From: an uncultured Verrucomicrobiae bacterium | GTDB lineage: Bacteria; Verrucomicrobiota; Verrucomicrobiia; Chthoniobacterales; UBA10450 | Reading direction: 5' to 3' | NCBI GenBank assembly: GCA_963801815.1 | Contig: CAWDGJ010000001.1 | Coordinates: 192,001 to 256,000, forward strand | DNA length: 64,000 nt | In this document: positions 32,042 to 41,032 of the stretch, piece after piece | Layout of the letters: every line of letters begins with the position of its first letter | Numbering within the stretch: position 1 is the first letter of the stretch | The notes under the pieces: model-generated | Seen by the model: the letters and a program-made list of their open reading frames with translations, nothing else | Database searches by the model: none | What the model was told of the DNA's origin: nothing | Translations under genes and position numbers: made by a program

Positions 32042-32113
32042 GAGCGAATGAGATGAGCGACATGGCCGGTAAAGCCGCGAGGTAGCGGTCGAGCGCAGCG
32101 GGAGCTGCCGAGA
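32042..32113. repeat. Structured intergenic repeat, copy B, nested in a degenerate GTAGCGGCGGTC-type REP doublet
   Basis: Similarity to 31252-31323. Confidence 0.65.
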
Positions 32114-32321
32114 TACAAGGCGGACGGGCGCCGCATTAAATATGCGGCGGTCATAGACCAGCTGTTCGAGTTGGTTTTGGTTGATGGGGGACGCAGGCCG
32201 GTACGCCTCTCTATATTAGTACTGCGCATTTAGCTCTGTCGTGCGGATGTACTCGATTAATTGGCTGCTAAAGGCGGCAGGCCTCTCGCCTGCGATCCGC
32301 GCCCCGTTTGGGACTTTCGTT

Positions 32322-32350
32322 TTGGCGGAATCGGTGCAAGCGACTACAAT
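32322..32350 (+). promoter_or_regulatory. Sigma70-like promoter in front of the truncated tRNA-Leu 5' half
   Basis: TTGGCG-17 bp-TACAAT, 16 bp upstream of the tRNA fragment. Confidence 0.6.
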
Positions 32351-32366
32351 TCTCACTCGTAAACCC

Positions 32367-32405
32367 GCCGATGTGGCGAAATGGCAGACGCAACGGACTT
32401 AAAAT
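32367..32405 (+). repeat. Left att-like repeat: 39-bp perfect copy of the tRNA-Leu(TAA) 5' half
   Basis: GCCGATGTGGCGAAATGGCAGACGCAACGGACTTAAAAT, identical to 53837-53875. Confidence 0.93.
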
Positions 32406-32595
32406 TGCGGTTTTAGCGATTTTTTTGCTTTTCAAAGTCGATCAAATCGAACCGAATTTACCTGGGTAAATCGCGAAATTCGCGAATTTCGACTGCATAT
32501 CAGAGAGGCGGGCAAAAAGGGGCTCATTCTTGCACAAATCTTGCACACGGAGGCAGCGGAATTCGGATTTGAAATAGTGTCGAGCAGCGAATTTT

Positions 32596-32633
32596 TGCCG
32601 TTTTTGTGCAAAATTTTTTGCACAAAAACGGCA
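32596..32633. repeat. Perfect inverted repeat with 18-bp arms
   Basis: TGCCGTTTTTGTGCAAAA-TT-TTTTGCACAAAAACGGCA. Confidence 0.9.
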
Positions 32634-32750
32634 CAACAGACGCAACGGATAGCCAAAAGTCTCCGATTCTGGAGATTGCCGTGATCACTTATTGGCTTGT
32701 CAGCGTATTCTGGTGCAAAACGCGGCTCTGGGAGACTAACCAAGAATAGG

Positions 32751-33191
32751 CTAGGGTATGTTGGCTACTTTGTGGAGAAGAAAGTTGCCTTGTTCCCGCA
32801 CGGCTGAGTGACTTCGGGATCGAGGAGGGCCGACTGCCTCGACTTGAGCAAAAGAACCTCGAAAGAACTCTTTTCCAGTACCCTCGTCTTTCACTCCGTA
32901 GCCTACGAACACAAGGCATCGAACAGAACTTTCTTTCGGGCTAGTATAGACAATGGAGAACTGAAACAATCCGTCTTGCTGAAGCATTGCAGACGGACTA
33001 GACGGTGCTTCGGGGCATGACAATGCCAGCTTGCCGTCGCTGCCTTTAGTGAATGACACTTTCAGTTCGGTCAGGCCGCTGCCGTAAACCAGAATGTAAT
33101 CACCTTGTGTCAGTGGCGCCTGCACATCACCAGCGCAAACTGTGATTGCCACAGACATAAGTAGTATGACGATCGCGAGATGAGTTTTCAT
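32751..33191 (-). CDS. Secreted hypothetical protein
   Basis: MKTHLAIVILLMSVAITVCA signal peptide; no recognisable domain. Confidence 0.65.
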   Translation of the reverse strand: MKTHLAIVILLMSVAITVCAGDVQAPLTQGDYILVYGSGLTELKVSFTKGSDGKLALSCPEAPSSPSAMLQQDGLFQFSIVYTSPKESSVRCLVFVGYGVKDEGTGKEFFRGSFAQVEAVGPPRSRSHSAVREQGNFLLHKVANIP

Positions 33192-33312
33192 AAAACGGAA
33201 GTCAGACCAATTTGGCGATCCTAACAGATTTTTGCGCAGGTCATAGCAGCGTTTCGTGAGTTTTTTCTTGGCAGCAGCCGCGTTTGCCGCAGTCGTGTCG
33301 TCGATGTCCGCG

Positions 33313-33481
33313 CTATTTCTTTCCGGGCAATTCCTTCGCAACCGTTGCCACCTGGTCCGGCTCGAAGCCGAACTTTCTCTGGAGCTCCTTGAGCGGCGCC
33401 GACGCCCCGAACGGTTTCACGCCGATGATGCGGGCCCGATCTGCCAACATATCGTTCCCATCCGAAAGTCGATGCCTGCTC
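33313..33481 (-). pseudogene. Transketolase C-terminal remnant
   Basis: EQASTFGWERYVGRSG / RIIGVKPFGASAPLKELQRKFGFEPDQVATVAKEL (one frameshift); rest of gene absent. Confidence 0.8.
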
Positions 33482-33701
33482 ATTGGAATGGTCGGTTGCG
33501 AATGAAGGCACTCACTTTATGCTCTTGCACAAATCTTGCACACCAGGCTCGAAGGATTTCAGGTCCGCGTTAGATCGATCTCAGGTTCGAGCCCTGTAGG
33601 CTCCGGGTATCACTGGAATCGGAGTCGCGCGATGCGAACCCTAAACGGGATTCACAGACTAACGCCTTCCAATTAAGCGCGTTCGTGGGTAATTCATCCA
33701 T

Positions 33702-34690
33702 ATGTCTTTCAGAACCTTCGTTTTCCTTCTTGCTTTGCCGATAGTCGCGCAGGCCGGGGATGTCGATTTTTCAAACTACGACGTGCCCCTTTACACCCAG
33801 ATCGTAGATCATATCAAAGCCAAAGTCTCGGCCCGCCTTGGTGAGGGCAATAATCCGCGCGATCGCTATTTCATTATTCCTTTTGCTTACCAAGACCGCG
33901 GGAACCATCCGGAACATTCTCACTCGTTTCTCTCTGTCATCCGAGTGCTGGCGGACAACAAGCAGCCCAAACTGACGCCCGGCCTCAAAACGGGAAAGTA
34001 CAAGAATCGGGAATTTGAAGCCTTCACCATCAGCTGGCTGCCTCAGCGATTTCATGACCAATCCCAATCTGTGCGTCTTTGACGGCGCGGGCAGCCGCCT
34101 TATTCCACAGAACAATAAATGTCCCGTATTGCCCGGCCGAAACTTTACTCTCGAAGAAACGATCAAGCTGGCGGTGGATGCAAAAGAATGCGGTGGCCAT
34201 GTGGGGACCTTATGAGATCAAACAGGCAGCGTTTGATCTCGCAGTGAAGCGCAAAAACCTGCTCGACGGAGGAACCATTAAATATCGCGCCGACGACCGT
34301 CTTTATCGGAAAGACAAGGTCGCGATCAGTTGCTTTCATGCCATGGCCGGCTTGGACGAGCTTTTCCCCAGCGGCGGACTTTTCGGGACGGGATTTAAGA
34401 TGTGGGGCTTCAATGGAACGGCCAGAGTGCTGATGGAATACACGGAGAAGGCGACTAACAAACACTTACTTCTCGAGCCAGTGGACATAAAAAAGGACCG
34501 CTACGGCTTTGTCTATGCGCCGGCACGAAACGGTGATGTCCCGTATAATCCGTTGAAAAACGCGCTCCGCTTATCAACGATAACGCTCGGTCGGAGATCT
34601 CGCCCGGTGTCCGATGCGACAAACGTTTTACTTATCAGGGATTCGCTCCGAATTCCGGCCAGCGTGAATTACGCCGATAAGGCTTTTTGA
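33702..34690 (+). CDS. Secreted hypothetical protein broken by frameshifts (~34045, ~34185; true end possibly 34583)
   Basis: Signal peptide MSFRTFVFLLALPIVAQA; three overlapping ORFs join by +1 shifts. Confidence 0.65.
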
Positions 34691-34734
34691 CAGTCGTGCT
34701 TGCAAACAACGCACAAACCTCCAGCGTTGCGCGC

Positions 34735-36016
34735 ATGAGACACTCCGGCCCCGCTGGCTTTAAATGGTTGCCGGTTACGCTGACTTCGCTCGTCCTGTGC
34801 AGCGGCTGCTCGTTCGTGCCTCGTCCCAGCAGGCTCTCCGGCAATCGGGCTTTCATTGACTACTGGCCACCGAATCCAGAGAGCAAGGGCCTAAGGCTCG
34901 CAGTTAAGGATAACATCGACATGAAGGGCGTAATTACGACCGCCGGTTCGGAGATCTTTTCCATAACCCACAAGCCCGCGGAAAAGGACGCGGCGTGTCT
35001 GGCGATCGCGCGCCGGCGTCACGTGCAGATCGTCGGCAAAACCAATCTGAGCGAATTCGCCGTCTCGCCGTCCGGCATGAATGAATATTTCGGGACGGCC
35101 GTGAATCCGTTGAATCGACGTCTGATTCCAGGGGGATCCTCGTCTGGAAACGCGGTCGCGGTGGCGACCGGAATGGCGGACGTGGCTTTCGGCACGGATA
35201 CGGCCGGCTCGGTCCGTGTGCCTGCCGCCTGTTGCGGTATCGTCGGCTTGAAGACGACGTTCGGCTTAATTCCGATCGAAGGTGTTTATCCGGTTGACCA
35301 AGCATCTCGACACGGTAGGCCCAATGGGTAGAGACATCGCTCACACCGTTCAAGGTATGGAACTTCTTCAGGATGGCTTTGCCGCGAAGTATGCGGCGGC
35401 AAAAGCGGCCAAGCCTACCGCGGGAAGCATCCGGGTCGGACGTCTCAAACTGAAAGGGACTGATCGAAAAATCGATCAAGCAATCGACGATGCGCTCGCC
35501 AAAACGGGATTCCAAGTGATCGCGCTGGACGAAAGCCTAACCGAACAATTCGAACAAGCGAAGAACGATGGCACCACCGTTGCCTCAGCCGGTGCGTGGA
35601 TTAGCAACGGGCGATTTCAGCTCGCTTGCACAGCTCGAACCCAGTCTGTCCTTCGACTCGGTCAGATAAACCTCACCACGAGTTACCACGGCGCATTGGG
35701 CAGGCGAGGTGCGTGGCAGAGGACGCTAAGTAAGGCTTTCGAGAAAGTGGACTTCATCGCGTTGCCAACCCTTCAAAAACTGCCGCCGGAGCTTCCACTA
35801 CTCAACTTGAGAATAGGAATTCGCGAAGCGGAGATGCTTCCGTTGCAAAACACGGCGGCAGTCAATTTTGCCGGCAACCCGGCGCTGGCAGTCCCCGTTC
35901 CCCTGCACAGGGCGAAAGTCCACGTCACGAGCCTGCAATTGATCGGGCCGCGACTGTCCGAAGCGGATCTTCTCAATGCGGGGCGGCTGGTGGAAGACGC
36001 AGTAAAAAATCGTTAG
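34735..36016 (+). CDS. Amidase-signature family enzyme, probable lipoprotein; frameshift near 35298
   Basis: Lipobox-like LVLCSGC; AVKDNI, GKTNLSEFA, PGGSSSG, GTDTAGSVRVPAA, LDTVGP. Confidence 0.9.
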
Positions 36017-36032
36017 GCGAAGCTTGTTTCTA

Positions 36033-36809
36033 TCAGTGCGAAGCACCGGCCGCGGTAAAGTCGGTGTCGCTAAAATTCGCGTCCTGGTCGATGCGCGCAC
36101 CATTGAATTGCGTCACGCTATTTTTTCGAGGGCCATGCACGGTGAGACTGGCTGGAATCGGATTGTGTTTTTCATCACGCGCGACGCGCGTGATATCGAT
36201 GCGGCGGATCAGTTCGCCGGAGGAAGAATATTTCTCGATCCGCAGCGGAACAAAACGTCGGGGATCAATCCAGCTCCGCACCCTGGCGTAGATGGACATG
36301 GAAGAATTGTCCGGCTTCGATTCGAGAATCTGGCAGTTCACTCCGTTGATTAACTCCGCGCCGACGACCGTCTGCTTTTTCCAGGCGAAGAAATTTTCCA
36401 CCGCATCCTGATAAGAGAGATCGCTGTCGAACAATCCCTCGCTCATTTGGGAGGACTTGAGCGGGCGAACCGGCTGTTGCGGAACGATAATCGAGCCTGT
36501 CGCCGTACCCTGGGCCTGATGCAGAATGACAGTTTCTCCTTTATACTCGTCAGGCCAAAGCACCTGATAAACAAGATCGGTGGCCGTTTTCGTGCGGCGT
36601 TGCTTGATTTGAAGTTGCAGGATGCGATTGGCGCCTCCGGGTGATTGCACTTCAAGTTTGGTGCGGATCAGCGCGCTTCCCTGGCTGGTAGCTTCGATCC
36701 GATCGGCAAGTTCCGCGGCGGACAGCGCGGGTGGCGCGGGCTCCTCCGCCCGAACGGAAATGATACACAGGACAGCAGTGGCCAGGGCTAAGGCGAAGAA
36801 AGATTTCAC
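36033..36809 (-). CDS. LolA-like outer-membrane lipoprotein-sorting family protein
   Basis: Signal peptide; FDSDLSYQD, CQILES.P, Y..VRSWID, PLRIE.Y; follows an ABC permease. Confidence 0.8.
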   Translation of the reverse strand: MKSFFALALATAVLCIISVRAEEPAPPALSAAELADRIEATSQGSALIRTKLEVQSPGGANRILQLQIKQRRTKTATDLVYQVLWPDEYKGETVILHQAQGTATGSIIVPQQPVRPLKSSQMSEGLFDSDLSYQDAVENFFAWKKQTVVGAELINGVNCQILESKPDNSSMSIYARVRSWIDPRRFVPLRIEKYSSSGELIRRIDITRVARDEKHNPIPASLTVHGPRKNSVTQFNGARIDQDANFSDTDFTAAGASH

Positions 36810-36823
36810 GGATCAAAGTGCCC

Positions 36824-37942
36824 TCATCCGGCTTGCAGCGCCAGGCTCGGCATTAGTCGCGAGCTGCGCCAGGCTGGATAAAGGCCGCTAATTATTCCAA
36901 CGGCGACTGCGATCACGACAGAAAGTCCAAGGAGCGGAAGGCTTAGATCCGGCTGCAAGAGCCCCCGAATCGCCGGCGTGGCACCCAGCACCCGGACGCC
37001 AACCGCACCAATCGCCACGCCAATGGCGCCGCCGAAAAGGCCGAGTAAGGCGGACTCGTAAAGAATCATCCGCATGATGCGCTGGCGCGTCCAACCAACC
37101 GCGAGCAACACGCAAATTTCATGAGTGCGCTCGAAAACGGTCATAAGCATGGTGTTCATCACGCCGAGCACGCCGACGAGCACGGCGAGAAGAGAAGTGC
37201 CCCAACTCATGGCCCGGACCATGCGAAATCCCTCAAAGTGGCTCAAGTGTTCGCTCACGGTCACAGCACGAACTTGAGGAACCTGTTGCTGGATCTGTTG
37301 GATAAGTTCCCGGATCTGTTGCTCGTTAGTCGAAGGAGTCACGCGAACGTCGATTGCATTGATTTGGTTGGGCGAGCCCATAATTCCCTGTAAGAGCGGC
37401 AAAGAAAGAATAACCGACCCGTCTTCGACGAGCGCGCCACCCTTTACGATTCCCACGACCTTCAGTGCCTTGGTCTCAATCTGGATTGGGTCACCGACTT
37501 TTTTCTTGAGAATTTCCGCTGCGGTCTGGCCCAAAACCACTGCCTCTTCGGTGGCGTCGCTCGGCATGCGTCCGGAGACAATCTCAAGATTGTTCCAGGT
37601 AAATCCTCCCCACTCCCGGGCGGAAAGAATCATCAGGTCGGAGTCTTCAATACTGGTCACCTCCACGAGCTGATTGCAGGTCGCGGCGATACGCGGAAGG
37701 CTAGCGATACGGTCGCGGACGGAGGCATCAAAGGGCTTCGGCGTGAGCGACCCGCTCCGATTGCTGATGACGATATCGGTTCCACGCGCCTTCAATCCAA
37801 CCTGCCAGCTTTTCTCAAATCCGCGCGACATTCCAACCAGGGCCACGACTGCAGAGATGCCGATGGAAATGCCCGCGAGGGTCAAACCCGTGCGCAAAGG
37901 CCGGCGCCAGAGACCGCGGATGACAACGGTAAAGAAGGTCAT
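36824..37942 (-). CDS. ABC transporter permease (MacB/LolE/FtsX family)
   Basis: RTGLTLAGISIGI, GVMNTMLMTVFERTHEI, GLYPAWR. Confidence 0.93.
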   Translation of the reverse strand: MTFFTVVIRGLWRRPLRTGLTLAGISIGISAVVALVGMSRGFEKSWQVGLKARGTDIVISNRSGSLTPKPFDASVRDRIASLPRIAATCNQLVEVTSIEDSDLMILSAREWGGFTWNNLEIVSGRMPSDATEEAVVLGQTAAEILKKKVGDPIQIETKALKVVGIVKGGALVEDGSVILSLPLLQGIMGSPNQINAIDVRVTPSTNEQQIRELIQQIQQQVPQVRAVTVSEHLSHFEGFRMVRAMSWGTSLLAVLVGVLGVMNTMLMTVFERTHEICVLLAVGWTRQRIMRMILYESALLGLFGGAIGVAIGAVGVRVLGATPAIRGLLQPDLSLPLLGLSVVIAVAVGIISGLYPAWRSSRLMPSLALQAG

Positions 37943-38634
37943 GTTTTGGCGTCCGATACAATTCGACCGTCCATCATGCGAAGAATTCTTCCCGCCCGCT
38001 CGGCAATCGTGGGATCATGAGTGACGAGCACCATGGTGCGGCCTTGGTCCTGTTGCAGACGGATAATGAGGTCGAGCACGACATGCGCATTCTCGCTGTC
38101 GAGATTGCCGGTTGGTTCGTCCGCCAGAAGCAGAGACGGCTCGTTCGCCAGACTGCGGGCGATAGCTACGCGCTGACGCTCGCCTCCGGAAAGTTTCGAA
38201 GGAAAATGATCCAGCCGATGCTCAAGGCCAACCAACTTCAGCAATTCGAAAGCGCGCTCGCGTCGCTCGGAAGCCGAGCGATCGCCTTCGAACATTGGAA
38301 TCTGCACGTTCTCAGACGCTGTGAAAGTCGGTAGAAGGTGAAAGGCTTGAAAAATAAATCCAACCTCGCGAGCGCGGTAGGCTGAGGGATTGGGATGATC
38401 CGGCAGCGAGTTTCCGCGATAGAGAAGCGTTCCGGAAGTCGGTCGGTCCAACGCCCCGAGTAATTGCAGCAAGGTCGATTTGCCGCATCCACTTGGTCCC
38501 GTAATGGCGACGAAATCGCTCTCTTTGATAGAAAAATCGACTCCGCGCAGTGCTTTGACCTGTCCTTCGTCAAAATCGCGGGTAAGAGATTTTGCCTCGA
38601 GAAGGGCGGGGTCGCGGGGAGCGGGTTGGATCAC
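37939..38634 (-). CDS. ABC transporter ATP-binding protein (LolD-like)
   Basis: GPSGCGKST, LSGGERQRVAIAR, LLADEPTGNLD, VTHD. Confidence 0.96.
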   Translation of the reverse strand: MIQPAPRDPALLEAKSLTRDFDEGQVKALRGVDFSIKESDFVAITGPSGCGKSTLLQLLGALDRPTSGTLLYRGNSLPDHPNPSAYRAREVGFIFQAFHLLPTFTASENVQIPMFEGDRSASERRERAFELLKLVGLEHRLDHFPSKLSGGERQRVAIARSLANEPSLLLADEPTGNLDSENAHVVLDLIIRLQQDQGRTMVLVTHDPTIAERAGRILRMMDGRIVSDAKT

Positions 38635-38715
38635 TTGATTGCGCTTGTTAGGCCGACCGCAAAACGCGCCGGCGTAATGGAGAACGAACGAACCTGCTTT
38701 TCTAATTACTCCTTA

Positions 38716-39663
38716 TCAAATGGTCTGCCATTGCGGCCCGACCCGCGGATCGGCCAGGCAGCGTATCACGTCCGCTAATGCGTTACGATAACTTGGGTAG
38801 GGCATCCGCTCGCCCGGCTTGGTCGGCTGCAATTTTTCCACGTGCTGCGGCAGGAAGGCATGGGGCAACCCGGCCCGATGATGATGCACGCCATGAAACG
38901 GTTCGTGCAGCAGGGTGAAAGCAACCACCCGTCCCAGCCAGCTTTTCGCCACGATACTCCGCGTCGAGCCGTTTACGGTGTCGCCCGTCATTCCCACGTG
39001 CTCGATGTACTTGCGCCAACTCTGCAGATTAGCCGCCACAAATGAGGGCACGAGATGCATCCAAAGGAAATATTTCCACAGACCGAATGCTGCCGCAGTC
39101 CAAAGGATCAGAGCCCAGATCACAACTGTCAGCGCCAATTCCGCCCAAATGCGGCGACGAATACGCTTGCTTCGAACCGGAGTCGAAGAACAGAGAAAGG
39201 CTCGCAGGAAAACAAACGGGCCATAAAACAATCCGAAATTCAGCTCAAAAAATGCGGCCAGACATCTCTTCCACCGTGGCATGTTCGTATGGGAGAACGG
39301 CCAAAATTCGTAATCACGCTCCGTCGCGAGATAGGCATGATGGGTTTGATGAATAACGCGATAGAGACTGAAGCTCATCAGGCTTAGGGTGCCAATCACG
39401 ATCCCATCGAACTCATTGAAGCGACGATTTTTTCGGAGAAGCCCGTGAGCCGCCTCATGCAGGCCGATGAGGAGGCCGTGCATCAAATGGCTGACCACGA
39501 GCACGAGCGGCACCGCCAGCCAGATCCAGCCGCGATAGACCGTTATCGCGAGCATCACTTCAGTGAAAACCAAACCGAAAACGAGAAACTGAAACGCACC
39601 ACGCAAGACCCAGTGCGGCTCATGCATCTTACTAAAGTCTTCGTCGATGGATCCTGCGTTCAT
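38716..39663 (-). CDS. Membrane fatty acid desaturase family protein
   Basis: His boxes HEAAH, HQTHH, HGVHH. Confidence 0.92.
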   Translation of the reverse strand: MNAGSIDEDFSKMHEPHWVLRGAFQFLVFGLVFTEVMLAITVYRGWIWLAVPLVLVVSHLMHGLLIGLHEAAHGLLRKNRRFNEFDGIVIGTLSLMSFSLYRVIHQTHHAYLATERDYEFWPFSHTNMPRWKRCLAAFFELNFGLFYGPFVFLRAFLCSSTPVRSKRIRRRIWAELALTVVIWALILWTAAAFGLWKYFLWMHLVPSFVAANLQSWRKYIEHVGMTGDTVNGSTRSIVAKSWLGRVVAFTLLHEPFHGVHHHRAGLPHAFLPQHVEKLQPTKPGERMPYPSYRNALADVIRCLADPRVGPQWQTI

Positions 39664-41006
39664 TGGGGTTGGTTCAGCACTTCAGAGATGCGGCTCTCCG
39701 GCGAGCGGCAGATCCCCGCCAGTACTCGCCGAAATATGCCATCGAGGCTTTCAATGTCACGTCGGGAAAACAAATTCTCGCGGAAAAGCCACGCGATTTC
39801 CAGGCCTTCGCGGTCTTCGGTGATTTCGCACCCAAGTTGAAAACGCGCCGTGCCAGTCGAGCGCATGCTCAGGCGTGCGGAAAGATTCGGCAGCGAAATC
39901 TCCGGCATGGGATGATTCTGCAAGGCAAAGCGTACGTCGAACAGCGGGTTGTATCCTGCTTCCGATTGCTCACCGAGACCGTGCACCAACTCGACGAAAG
40001 GGATGGCGTTGGCAAAAGAGTCAATCGTTAGCTGATGTCCTGCTCGTAAATGATCGGACACAACGCGCGAGCGATCGATCTGCCCGCGCAAAGGCACGAT
40101 GCCTGCGTAGTATCCCATTGTTTCGCGCGTGGTTTGCCGGGTGCGATTGGCGACCGGCGTTCCCACTACGAAATCACGGAAACTGCTCCATTCGGAGAAG
40201 GCAATTTGGAAAGCTCCAAACAAAGCACTGAAGAAAGTGATTCCGGTCCTGCGGGCCAGTTCACGGGTCTCGTTAGTCAGACCAGCAGGAATTGCGGAAA
40301 GCCATCGTTTGGGTGGCCCGGGTGTGATCGGCGGATTCCACATTCGACGTGAACCGGCTAATTTGGTTCTCCAAAACTCGAGTCGCTGCTCCAAAATCTC
40401 CGGTTTCCAGAAAGCGCGCTCGGTCGCGCCCCACGCCGAGTAGGTTTGCGGGACCGGCGGCAAAGGCTCGGAGGATCCCATCACGATCTCGATATAGGCA
40501 GCAAAGAGGTCCTGAACCAGAACGCCCAGGCTCCAGCCGTCAGCAATGGCATGATGAATCGCGAAGACCAGCACGTGATCGTTCGCTGCGCGACGCAAAT
40601 CTACCGCGCGATAGAGCGGTCCTTGCACCAGATCGAACGGCGCGCGGAAAATTTCTGCTACCAATTCTTCGATCGCTTCCGGTCGCGCGTCGTCTGGTGA
40701 AGCATCGCGAAATTCAAAATTGATCCCGCAATTCTTTCGGATCATCTGGAGTGGACGCTCCTTGCCGGGAAGGATCGAGAGACGCAGGACTTCCTGACGA
40801 TCGACCACTCGCTGGATCGCAGCGCGACACTCGCGTTCAGTCAGGAGACCGTGCACGTCGATGAGACAGCAGATGTGATTCGCGTTGTCCTCCACCGGCA
40901 CCGGTGAGACTTCCCAAAGTTCCCGTTGCGGGAACGTAAGCGGATGAAGCTGTGCTTCACCGCTATCGAGCCATTGTTTGAGACGAGCGCGTTGATCGAT
41001 TGGCAT
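39660..41006 (-). CDS. Stand-alone condensation-domain protein
   Basis: PLTFPQRELW, PFDLVQGPLYR, HHAIADGWS active-site motif, GTPVANR, PF.ELV; no A or PCP domain. Confidence 0.93.
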   Translation of the reverse strand: MPIDQRARLKQWLDSGEAQLHPLTFPQRELWEVSPVPVEDNANHICCLIDVHGLLTERECRAAIQRVVDRQEVLRLSILPGKERPLQMIRKNCGINFEFRDASPDDARPEAIEELVAEIFRAPFDLVQGPLYRAVDLRRAANDHVLVFAIHHAIADGWSLGVLVQDLFAAYIEIVMGSSEPLPPVPQTYSAWGATERAFWKPEILEQRLEFWRTKLAGSRRMWNPPITPGPPKRWLSAIPAGLTNETRELARRTGITFFSALFGAFQIAFSEWSSFRDFVVGTPVANRTRQTTRETMGYYAGIVPLRGQIDRSRVVSDHLRAGHQLTIDSFANAIPFVELVHGLGEQSEAGYNPLFDVRFALQNHPMPEISLPNLSARLSMRSTGTARFQLGCEITEDREGLEIAWLFRENLFSRRDIESLDGIFRRVLAGICRSPESRISEVLNQPQ

Positions 41007-41032
41007 GGCACCGCGGTTGCACGAGGTTGTAG

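Noticed and set aside
33582..33596. CAGGTTCGAGCCCTG resembling a tRNA T arm
   Set aside because: Too short, with no supporting acceptor or anticodon arm
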